64,000 bases of DNA from Terriglobia bacterium (GTDB lineage Bacteria > Acidobacteriota > Terriglobia > 20CM-2-55-15): positions 96,001 to 160,000 of the forward strand of contig CBDAOY010000008.1 of NCBI GenBank assembly GCA_965198225.1. The letters run 5' to 3'. The position numbers and the translations under genes were made by a program. The notes beneath the pieces were generated by a model that was not told where the DNA came from, did not search any database, and was given only the letters and a program-made list of their open reading frames with translations. Shown here in pieces: positions 29,096 through 39,541 of this stretch (positions are counted from its first letter, which is position 1; every line of letters begins with the position of its first letter).

Positions 29096-30309
29096 TCCGG
29101 ACGGTCGGCGTTCTAACCCATGAGCGCCCTGATGTTCTCGAGCGGTGCCTCGACTCCCTGCAGGACAACCTGAAACGCCACGGGCGCGATGCGGTAGAGA
29201 TTCTTGTCGTAGACGACTCCAAGCCACCCAACGCACGTCTGAATCGGAGCCTGGTTGAGAGCCGGGAATGTGCTCGATACTTCGGAGCAGATGACAAGCA
29301 ACGGATGATCGAGCATATCGGAGCAGAGACCGGCGGAGCCCGCGAGCTGTTGGAGTTCGCGTTCCTTCCAGCCGGAGATGATCTCTTCTGTGCGGGCGCC
29401 AATCGCAACGTACTGCTGGCCCTCGGTTCCGGCCAGCGCTTCATTACCGCCGACGACGACAGCCTGGCCGAGTCGCGGCGCAGGGGTGATCCGGAGCCAA
29501 CCCGCTATCTGGACGCGCCGGAGCGCCGACCCTATGCGGAGGGACGGGATCTGTTCGAATCCGTTGAAGCGCTTGATGCAGCGTATCCCGAGGTTGATGT
29601 CGATCTCGTCGGCGCCCACGAAGAGTGGTTGGGCTCGAACGGTGTCCGCGTCACCCAATCACGAATCGCGGGTGCCCCCGACATGCCGGGTGACGCCCTC
29701 TTACAGATGTATGTCCAGTCCAGGAACCCCGCGTTGCTCGAGGGCATCGTTCCCTTCGTGGAAATAGACAAGGCTCGGGGCGCCGAGATCGTTACAGGAG
29801 GCGACGTTTGCTACCATGTGTGCGGCCTCGACCACACAGAGATCCTCTGGCCCAACCTGCCTTGCTACGAGGATGAGGATCTGATTTTCGCGCGCATACA
29901 CAGAGAACTGGCGGCACCGTTCATCACGATGAAGCTCCCCGTCAATCACTGGCACGACAAGGGAAACTTCGGCGACCCGGTCGCAGACGCCGTCCGTTAT
30001 TTTCCTGCTCGTTTTTGTCGCGATGTTGCCGATGCCATCGCGGCCCCATCGATCGAGGAGATTTGCTCGCGGGTGCAGGCACTCAAAGGGCCACGGGACC
30101 GTTTTGACGAGGCGCGTGAGCTTTTCGGTGGTTTCGTGGCAGCGGCACCAAACTTCTCCGTACAACTCGCTCCGTTTCTGCAACGCGACTCATACGAGGT
30201 CTACGCAAACCAGACTTTCACGGAGGTCCTCGCAGTCTACAATCGCTGGGCCGACGTGCTGCTTGTCTGGGATTCCTGGATGCAAGCGATGAGGAGTTTT
30301 CGTCGGTGA
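29092..30309 (+). CDS. GT-A-fold (family 2-like) glycosyltransferase-like protein
   Basis: GTG 29092 overlaps the upstream stop; VLTHERPDVLERCLDSL, ILVVDDS, GANRN, TADDD (DxD), EDEDL. Confidence 0.7.
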   Translation: MIRTVGVLTHERPDVLERCLDSLQDNLKRHGRDAVEILVVDDSKPPNARLNRSLVESRECARYFGADDKQRMIEHIGAETGGARELLEFAFLPAGDDLFCAGANRNVLLALGSGQRFITADDDSLAESRRRGDPEPTRYLDAPERRPYAEGRDLFESVEALDAAYPEVDVDLVGAHEEWLGSNGVRVTQSRIAGAPDMPGDALLQMYVQSRNPALLEGIVPFVEIDKARGAEIVTGGDVCYHVCGLDHTEILWPNLPCYEDEDLIFARIHRELAAPFITMKLPVNHWHDKGNFGDPVADAVRYFPARFCRDVADAIAAPSIEEICSRVQALKGPRDRFDEARELFGGFVAAAPNFSVQLAPFLQRDSYEVYANQTFTEVLAVYNRWADVLLVWDSWMQAMRSFRR

Positions 30310-30369
30310 GACGCAGGTCTGGCGGAAAGGAATCCGAGCGCATTCCGCCACCGAACTCGAAAGCGAAGA

Positions 30370-30399
30370 TTGACTTCAGGAGTTTAGGGTCATGATAAT
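30370..30399 (+). promoter_or_regulatory. sigma70-like promoter of tRNA-Gly
   Basis: TTGACT (30370-30375), 18-nt spacer, GATAAT (30394-30399), 19 nt upstream of the tRNA. Confidence 0.5.
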
Positions 30400-30418
30400 G
30401 TTGACGGATCCGAACTAA

Positions 30419-30490
<72 letters not shown>

Positions 30491-30496
30491 CTTTAG

Positions 30497-30548
30497 TTTC
30501 AACCACTTGGAAGGTAGGCTGAAAAGTTATACCGCATTTATACCGCGT
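30497..30548. promoter_or_regulatory. att-arm region: IHF-like site and 11-bp direct repeats
   Basis: TTTCAACCACTTG matches WATCAANNNNTTR at 12 of 13 positions; ttataccgcat-ttataccgcgt lies between the tRNA and the integrase stop. Confidence 0.5.
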
Positions 30549-31692
30549 TTAGTTCACAAACGCCGATTCGAGCATCTCCGCCGCTTCAAGCCGACGTTCC
30601 AGCGAAGACTGGTTGTAGACCTCCATGTGTACCCCCAATCCGTGGCCTTGTTGATCGCTGATGACCTTAGGATCGGCTCCCAGGTTATTCATCAAGGTTG
30701 CGTGGGTTCTGCGCATTACGTGAAAATCCACCCACCCTAGACCTACCTCCCTGAGTGCTGGACGAATGTAGCGACGCATCGCGTTGTTTTTTGCTAGGGG
30801 CGTTCCTACAGCTTCGGAAGCGAATAGCCACCCATTTGGACCAGTGTCGGGAGAGCCTGCCAACCAGGAATCCATATCACGAACGACCATAGTTGAAAGT
30901 GCTACCAGACGCTTCGACCTCCGTGTTTTAGGTGTTCCGAGTTTGCCGCGATAAAGGCGCTCTTGCACGTCCACTGCATTCTCAGCGACCCGCCCGCGAC
31001 GCAATGCAAAGATCTCGCCGGGACGCATCCCGCCCAGAATCGCTAGTTTGACGATCAGACGTTCCCTAAGCGGTTGGATGGCGGCGGCGATCTTTACGTC
31101 CGCCAGGGTCATGCACCGACGCTCCGGCTTCGAGCATTCCGCTGGCGTAAATAACGACCTTGCGGCGTTCCGATCCGTGACTCGTTCCTCCTGAGCCAAC
31201 CCGAGAATCTGTCGAAGGTCCCAGCGAAGATGATCTGTTGTGCTGAATGACAGGCCGGATCTCGAATCGAGAAAGTCCTGAAGTTCGTCCCTCGTGAGTG
31301 TCCGTATCTGGCGATCACCGAGGCCGGCCACTATCTCTCGATCCACCCTGTCCCTGTTCGTCATGTAAGTCGATGCTTTCCATTTGCGCCGGTAGAAGGG
31401 AAGGTACACCTCTTCGATGAACTCCCTGACGGTACAATCTGGCGACACATCCACACGGGTATTGATCGGTTTCAAAATCGATGAACTCCCTGACGGTACA
31501 ATCTGGCCGGGTATTGATCGGTTTCAAAATGTCCGCTAGCTTGTCCCGTGCTTCCGACTTCGTGATCTTGTTCCCGCCCTTGCACGCACCGAGCAGTTTC
31601 GTCTTGTGGTTGCCTTCTTCTCTGTACTTACCGACCCAGTAGCGTCCGTCGCCGGACTTCGTTACCGAGCCTTTTTGATACCGTTTCCGCAT
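30549..31692 (-). pseudogene. tyrosine recombinase/integrase frameshifted by an internal tandem duplication
   Basis: N-terminus MRKRYQKGS in one frame; catalytic R (GMRPGE), K (PKT), HxxR (HVMRRT), GH and Y in another; duplicated segments 31414-31477 and 31478-31529. Confidence 0.85.
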
Positions 31693-31866
31693 GTGCACCA
31701 CCTCGAGGCCACGGTCCATGGTGATAGCGGCGTCGCAACTTACTACACAACCGGGACAACAAGGTACCCGGATGGGACAATCCTGCAGGGCATCTTTCGG
31801 GCTTCAATAGTGGCGATAAGGCAGGGAAACCAGTGGAAGTGGGCACACCTCCATGCCCAGCTCTAA
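31693..31866 (+). pseudogene. 3' fragment of an NTF2/SnoaL-like (DUF4440-type) gene
   Basis: HLEATVHGDSGVATYY...RASIVAIRQGNQWKWAHLH with no start of its own. Confidence 0.55.
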
Positions 31867-32506
31867 ACACAACAAGTTTCGCGGAAATCATTCGCCGACT
31901 CACGAGACCCCTCCACGCTTCGTCTCCGGCGTAGAGTCTTGTGGCGCCGGGCTTCGGCAGTTTTTCGCCGGGCTGTCCTACTGCGACTAGGGGTCCGATT
32001 GGACGAATGGCATTACGAAGCTCTTCTTCTGGAGTCGTTAGGCCGGAAAGCATCTGCACTACGCTGAGTCCAGTAAGAGTCCTGTGTGAGGCAAAATGCT
32101 TGACGGGCGAGGCGTCGGCTTGAAACGAGCGTAAATACAAGACCCCAGAGTTAGTAGTGCCTGAGCGTAGAGCTTCCAACGCAGCGTGTTGCCGGTGGCG
32201 CCACAGCAGAAAACTCCCGACCAGGAACGTCAACAAAGAGAAGGCCATCAATTCAAGCTGGACCTGTGGGGCCCACGGTACCAATCGAATCCTGGGTGTG
32301 ATCCACCGCCCGAACTGAACAAGCCCACTCAGGGCGAGCAAGACAATCGCGATTGCTCTTGTGACAGGATTCGCTAGAAAGCCTAAGGGCCGGTCCGACG
32401 GTTCAAGATACGACTCCTCCATCTGCCCAGAAAAATCGTATCCACAATCGCATCGGAGGGCGGCGTCGGGGTTGATGAGACCACATTGTGGGCAATCCAT
32501 GGGCAT
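31855..32506 (-). pseudogene. Zn-ribbon membrane protein whose recognisable sequence appears to end after LVVFRAG
   Basis: CPQC..CDC N-terminus, two TM helices, VLYLRSF..D, GQPGEKLP..GA.R.Y; the frame then runs into antisense NTF2 sequence. Confidence 0.55.
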
Positions 32507-32591
32507 GGTTGCTCTCCCAATTGACAGCCTCAGTGCCACGGAGACAAACAGGCAGTTTCGGACACGATGGCACGTTGGCATAGTGCTCAAC

Positions 32592-35225
32592 CTATGGCAC
32601 CGGCACCCGTTCCTTCAGTTCTTCAAACCAGTTGAGGACTATGTTGATTTGGGGTTCATCCGTTTCCGGCTGTTCCGCTGGAAAGACCATCAGGAATTGT
32701 TTGCCATCAGGCGTGATGTCGTAGTTTCTATAAGTGCCAACTACGAGAAACCCTTGTATTGGAAGTGGCTGCTCATTTCCAAATCCAAAAGCACCATCGG
32801 TTGAAACGGCCACGCCCGTTATTCCTACCCTCCGCCTGCTCGCGCCAGCGGCCCGGTAGAACAGCTCGCTTCCGTCCGGCGACCACAGTGGGAATAAACC
32901 TATATCCTGCGTAATCTGATGCCTTGCCGTTGTCGCGGGAAACGGCTGTACGAAAACCTGCCGAGATTGCCCCCCTTCACTCGAATAGTAGGCAAGCCAC
33001 TTCCCATCCGGTGAGAATAAGGAACCAAGCTCGATGGATTGTGGTAGGTCATAAAAGACTTCTGGGGTGGACCCACCATCAAGCGATAGCGTCCATATAC
33101 CGTAATCTCCGTCACGTTGTACGGCGAATGAAAGAACGTTCCCATCGGGGGACCATGATTCCGGTAAATGGCTGGTTCCTTCTTCGGCGGTAGTCAGCCG
33201 TTCGGCGCCCCCGCTTCCATCTGCTGGTTGCCACCAAATGCTCGTGCTTCCATCTCTGTCTGAAGCGAACGTAATACGTTTACTATCAGGCGTCCATATG
33301 GGTCGGCTGTTGTTGCCTTCTTGCGTTAGCTGCCGAATCGACGTGTCACCAGACACATCGTAAACCCAGATGTCGTTTTGCCCATCGTCTTCAAGTGTTT
33401 GGACCGCAAGCTGCATCCCACCCGGCGACAGGCGGGGACTCAAATACGGGGCGGGCCGCACGTTGAGGCGTTCCACCTCGCCGCTACGGTCTACGAGGGC
33501 AAGAATACGGTCGGTGGTGCCCAAGACAGAACCCACAACATAAACAAGCGAGCCACGGTCGGAAAAACCATAATTCGCAGTGCCCGTGACAGCGGTCCGC
33601 CGAACACCTTCAACAATTGGAACTGGTCCGCCCAACACTTCAAGACTGCCCACGTCAAACGGGGCAGCAAGAAGTACGTCTGCTAACGCATAAACGAGGT
33701 GGCTGGTCGCCACATAACGAGCATCGCTGCCACCTTCGATCAGCGTCCTACGCTTGCCCGTGTCCAGCGACTGCACGACAATGTGGGCCTCGTCCCACCG
33801 GGTTCCACCGCTCGTGGTTGCCAGCGTAAACAGCACCGATTCCCCATCTGGCAACATCTGGGGACCCTGAACTTGCTCCGGCGGCTCGGTTTCAACCAGC
33901 AATTCTGGCGTGCCTCCGTTGGCGGAAACACGCGTGATGCCTTCGGGCTGGCCAAACAGAATGGTGTCATCTTCGCCCCAACTCGGACCGAAGGTAGGAC
34001 CAGAGATATCGCACAGGACGACTGGCGCTCCGCCGCTGATAGAAATCCTCTTCAACTGTTGGTCGGTAACAGACCCGTAACCAACCCATTGTCCGTCCGG
34101 AGAGAAGAACGGCTCGGCTGGGTCGTCATCGGTTCCCGGAATGGGATGCGCCTCCAACTCACCCATCGAGCGGGAATAGAGTTGTCCGTTTGCGACATAA
34201 ACGAATTGACTACCGTCGGGCGACACGGCGAGAAGAGAAGCGGCTGTGCGTGTGAATCGTTGGTCCTCGGGCAGGTCGTAATCAAAGCGGGTGATGATAC
34301 GGGGTTCGGATGGCTTCACATTCCAGACTGCTACACCAACGATGATCGCGCTGATAACGGCGGTAGCTGCGATCCATCGGAGCATCGGTCGTGGCGGTGC
34401 CTGAATAACATCGGCGCCGGGCTGCACAAACAGGCCATCTGGGTCTGACAGCAACTGCTCCACCTCGACCCGCACATCCCCGACAGCCTGCCAGCGGTTC
34501 TTGGGCTCCTTTTCCAGACACCTACGTAACAATTCCTGAATCCGGGGATTGATATTGACCGGCAGGAGCGTGAAGTCGGCGTCCTTTGCAACCGCGGCAG
34601 CGATCATGTCCGTTACCGTCGGTCCTGCCCATGTCTGGCGTCCCGTCAGCATCTCGTACAGGACACACCCAAAGGCCCATACATCGGCCCTCTTATCGAC
34701 TTCCTGCCCTCGGGCCTACTCAGGGCTCATGTACGCCGCTGTTCCGAGGATCATTCCCTGCTGAGTTGCCGCCATGCTCAAGGTCGGTGACTGCGAAAGA
34801 TTCACATCCGACCCATCCCCCGCAAACGCCTTCGCCAGACCAAAATCGAGAACCTTCACCTTGCCATCCGGCGTGACCTTGATGTTTGCGGGCTTCAGAT
34901 CACGATGGATGACACCTTTTTCATGCGCAGCTTCGAGGGCCTCGGCGATCTGGAGGGCGAGCTTGAGGGACTCCTCTACCGTGATAGCACCCCTCTTCAA
35001 CCGATCCGCCAACGTGTCGCCTTCCACGAGTTCAAGGACGAGGAAGCGTGTGCCGTTATCTTCTTCCAGCCCGTAGATGGCGGCGATGTTCGGATGGTTC
35101 AGTGATGCCAGCAGCTTCGCTTCACGCCCGAGCTTGGTGTCCCGCGCACGCCAGACTTCTCCCATTCCGCCGTTGCCGAGCGGGGAGAGGATCTCGTAGC
35201 TGCCGAGTTGGGTGCCGGGGTTCAT
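32592..35225 (-). pseudogene. Ser/Thr kinase-TM-beta-propeller gene K1, inactivated
   Basis: In-frame TAG at 34716-34718 (MSPE*ARG) and loss of 23 codons including VAIK relative to the paralogue at 39542; PD40-like SPDG repeats; C-terminus NWFEELKERVPVP. Confidence 0.88.
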
Positions 35226-37407
35226 TGGTTTTCTTCGATCAGCGCCTTCCAGTTTCTTATTACTTTGATCGAACGAGGTTCAGCGGTCAGGTCGATGGCA
35301 TTGAAGATGAATCGTTCACCGTTGTCCAAGACCGCAAACTGTCGCCGGACCTCGTCCGTAACCTGTGGGGAGTCGAACAACTTTGTAGAAACGAAATCGA
35401 TATCCGTGGTCGTCTGCCGGACCGCTGCAACCATGAAACGATTGTCGGGACCGAGGTAATAGAGTTCTTGGCCATCTGGACGCCACAGCGGATGCTCACC
35501 CAACCCAACGACATGCTTGTTCCCGGGTCGAGGAAACGAATCCACGTAGACCGCGAACTCTCCGCCTTCGTCCGACGCATATGCCAGCCATTCTCCATTT
35601 GGAGACACACTGGCTTGCTGCTCTCTGAACGCAGAGCTGGCGTACGGCTCTTCTTGCCCATCTGCGAGTGAAACTATCGTGAGGTCCACTTTCGTTTCAA
35701 GACCGGCTCGACTCAAAACAAGCGTGTTGCCGTGAGGTGACCAATCCCACGCAATTGAGCTTCTCTCAAGGGGCGAACTCGACTCACTCGCGCCTATCGC
35801 CTGAACGTGAACGCCCAACCCGTCGTCTACGAACAGCAACTCGCTCCCTTCAGGTGAGAACATGGGGTGGCTCGTCCACCCATTGCCAAATGTAAACTGC
35901 CTAACGAGCGTTGTCGCCAGATTCATCAGGTAAATATTCACCGAGTTCGTACCCGGGTCCCAGCGCTCCAACGCGGCTGTGCTCCCGTCCGGGCTGACCA
36001 CGAATCCGAACGTCACCGCAGGCGTTCCAATCGAGCCTATTGATCGTCCAGCGCGGTCGTAGGCCAGCAAATGACTTTCCGGGAGCGAGCCTCCACCCGA
36101 GTACACCAGCACGTCGTCTGAAACCGAGAAGGCACTGGTCGAAAGCTCTCCGAAAGACAGTCCGAGGCCATCCGCAACATGGATTGGCTCCCCGGACAGT
36201 TCCAGCAAATCCGGGTCGAATCTCTGAGCGAAGAGCGTTCCCTGTTGGCCGAAGAATAGATAGCCATTGGCGTATTCGACCCGGGAAGCAAACTCGCCAA
36301 TTCCTGTCACCTCGGATGAATCGAGAGAGCCGGCAGACACTCTGTAGCTGCTGCTAGCCGCATCCTGCTCGAAGAACAGAAACCGCCGCCCTTCCGGAAG
36401 GAAGTGCGGGTGCATTATCAAAATGTCTTCATCCGGTAGGAGCACCGGGTTCATCTGCCCGTTGGATACCGAAGCTGGGATTGTTTGCAGCCCTACTACT
36501 TGCCGGGCGGGAGCGAGTAGTATGACACCGTCGGAATTCCAGTCCGCACCCCGTGGGTTCTCGACTTCTGTCAAAACCTGAGGGGTTCCTTCACGGTCGA
36601 GGTCCATTCGCTTCAGTGAGGGGTCGAGTTGAGGCGCGAAGAAACCGACCGACCGTCGCTGGAAAAGAACGGGAGATACGCTTCCTCAGTCCCCGGCAAC
36701 TCTCGTTGGCTTGGGGAATCGAAAGACTGCTCCCAAAGTGTGATCACTCCAGAGTCGTTGCGGGCACGAAAAATGATCGACTGCCCATCCGGCGAGACAA
36801 TCGGTTCGGGCGCAACCCCCGAAGTACTGTTCGGCGGCAGGATGGTGAGCCACTCTACAGATGGGGATGCCGCTGGGAGGAAAACCCACATTGTGGCGGA
36901 CCCAGCGAGAAAGATGGAAAGACATGCAACAGCGGTAACCCATGCCTTTTGGGGCCTCTGAGCCCGATCCGATTTTCCCTGAATCGCGTCACGTTCCCCT
37001 CCCAGACTGATCTCTTTCAGATGGAAAACGAGATCGCTCGCGCTGTGCCAGCGATCATCTGGAGTCTTCGACAGACAATGCGATAGTGTGCTCCCCAAAG
37101 CAGGTGGAGATACCGGCTGTAGCTCCGTGATCTGCTGGGGCTCGGAGTTCATGATCGCTCCGATCAGACTCGCCTGACTCGCCCCCTCAAACGCCTTCTT
37201 CCCAGTCACCACCTCGTACACCACCGCACCGAACGCGAAGATGTCGGTTCGGGCGCCGGCCTCCTTGCCCTCCAACTGCTCGGGAGCCATGTACTGGAGC
37301 GTGCCGATGATGGTCCCTTCGGCTGTGAGGGGCGCTGAGGCGTCCTGAGTGGGCATTTGGGACAGGGGCGATACTGCACCAGCATCGCCCTTCAACTTCG
37401 CCAACCA
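35222..37407 (-). pseudogene. kinase-TM-beta-propeller gene K2, 5'-truncated and frameshifted
   Basis: Begins just after the DFG position (LAKLKG...GTLQYMAPEQ); frameshift at (CGGT)3 near 36644-36655; ends IRNWKALIE. Confidence 0.82.
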
Positions 37408-39391
37408 GGCGAGTTTGATCGGGGCGATCATGAATCATCAGCCCTCGCCAGTCGCCGAGGTTCAGCCGGTTTCGCCACCCTTGCTAGATCACGTCATCAA
37501 CGCATGCCTCGCCAAGAATCCTGAAGATCGGTGTCAAACCGCGATGGACCTGATGCGGGAGTTGAAATGGGTCGTCTCGATGCCGGTCTCTGACTCAGTC
37601 GAGGATGTCTCAATGGAGCAAGTGTCGGCGTCGTGGCGGTTCTTGCCGTGGGCGGTCACGGCACTCATGCTCGCAATCGCAGCGGCGGCTAGCTGGAACT
37701 TGTGGCGTGTTGAGAGCGGTCCTGGAAGGGCTGTCGCCCGCCTCGTTATCACGCTACCCGATGGCCAACGTTTCACGGGCGCGGGTGAGTCCTTTGCTCC
37801 GCCCGTCGCCGTATCCCCAGACAGGACTCAGATCGTCTATGCAGCAACCGAGGGGGGCTTGCCCCAACTGTATCGCCGCAGCCTGGATGAGTTCGACACC
37901 GTCGCGCTCCCCGGAACGGAGGGTGCAACGTCGCCCGTGTATTCGCCGGATGGGCGCTGGATTGCGTTTCATGCGAATGGCCGTTTGCAAAGAGTCCCAT
38001 TGGAAGGCGGTCCTCCAGTGACCATCTGTGAAGCTCCGAACTTCAGAGGGACGGGCATGGATTGGACCGCAAACGGCGAGATCCTGTTCACCGCAAGCGG
38101 GCTTGGCTCGGGCCTCTTCCGGGTGCCCGCGTCGGGGGGAACACCGGAACCGCTTACGACGCTGGATGTCGAGCGGGGCGAGTACGCTCATTCCTGGCCA
38201 CAGTTGCTACCGGATGGCCGGCACGTCCTCTTTTCGGTGTGGAAGGCGGGAGAACGGGCAGCGATCCTATCTTTGGACACACTCGAATGGCACGAAATCC
38301 TGCCCGACGCCGGTGGCGCTCGCTTCATTCCGACGGGCCACATCGTCTACAGAACTCCGCTTGGTTCCGTGGAGGCGCGGGCGTTTGACGCGGACACGCT
38401 CAATATCGTCGGCGATTCGGTCCCGCTGGCGGACCGTATCGACGTCATCCCCCGCGCGGGTAGTTTCAGTGCGTCGGTATCGGCGAGTGGTGTGCTTGTC
38501 TACGTTCCGGTCGATCCACGCGAGCGGACGCTCGTCTGGGTCAATCGCCAGGGGCAGTCATCGGAGGTCACCGGCGACCGTGGATCGTATGAGTTTCCTC
38601 GGGTATCGCCTGATGGGACCCGCGTATCGTTCCAGGAGGGAGAGGGAGGGATACTGTCCCCGTGGGTTATCGACCTCGAACGTGGAACGCGGACCAGGAT
38701 CACGACGGCTGAGGGATTCAACAACAAACCCGAGTGGACCCCTGACGGCACCCAAATCTCGTTTGCGAATAACAGGACGGGTCCGTGGAATCTGTATTCA
38801 AAACTGGTTGATGGAGACGCGCCAGCCACGCCGATGCTGCCGAGCGACGGCACCAACTTCCCTTATGCGTGGTCCCCAAACGGTCAATTGCTGGCGTTTT
38901 CAGACTACACCCCAGAAACCGCCGGGGACATCTGGATCATACCGACGGGCGGCGATGCCGAGCCGTTCATTGCGACTCGGTTCGAAGAAGGCTGGGCGCG
39001 GTTCTCTCGCGATGGTCGCTTCATCGCGTACGCTTCAAATGAATCGGGGCGTTTCGAGGTTTACGTACAGCCCTATCCGGTCGGTCAGCGTGTGACCATC
39101 TCAACAGAAGGTGGGGTGGAGCCGGTATGGTCGCCTGACGGTCGCGAGTTGTTCTACCGACAGGGTGACACAATGATGATTGTCGATGTGAGTACGGCTG
39201 CCGAGTTCCAAGCAGGGCGGCCGCGCGAGCTGTTCGTGGGACGGTATGAGGTTGACATCTGGACTAACTACGACATCTCGGCTGATGGAGAGCGTTTTCT
39301 GATGGTGCGCCCTGATCCGAACGCTCCGCGAGAACTGAGAGTAGTTCTGAATTGGTTCCAAGAGTTGCGCGAGCGCGTGCCCGTGGACTGA
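37399..39391 (+). pseudogene. kinase-TM-beta-propeller gene K3, lacking most of the kinase domain
   Basis: Begins at QASLIGAIMN (late C-lobe); TM helix; propeller repeats; ends NWFQELRERVPVD. Confidence 0.8.
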
Positions 39392-39479
39392 ATCTTTCGT
39401 CCACGCGGCGCGCTTCGCTGGCTCCGCGAAACGCTATGAACATCAAGGTCCTAGATGTCGGGAAGCTCTTCATGAGTGA

Positions 39480-39537
39480 GGACGTTTTTCGATCCTGGTT
39501 CGATGAACTGAACCGTCTTGCCCCGAAGGGCAGATGA
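39480..39537 (+). pseudogene. C-terminal remnant of a further kinase-propeller paralogue
   Basis: SWFDELNRLAPKGR* resembles the family NWFEEL terminus and sits directly before K4. Confidence 0.45.
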
Positions 39538-39541
39538 AACC

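Noticed and set aside
34716-34718. In-frame TAG in K1 as programmed readthrough or pyrrolysine
   Set aside because: The paralogue has Gln here (simple C-to-T change), the gene also lacks its catalytic Lys, and TAG is used as a normal stop elsewhere in the window.
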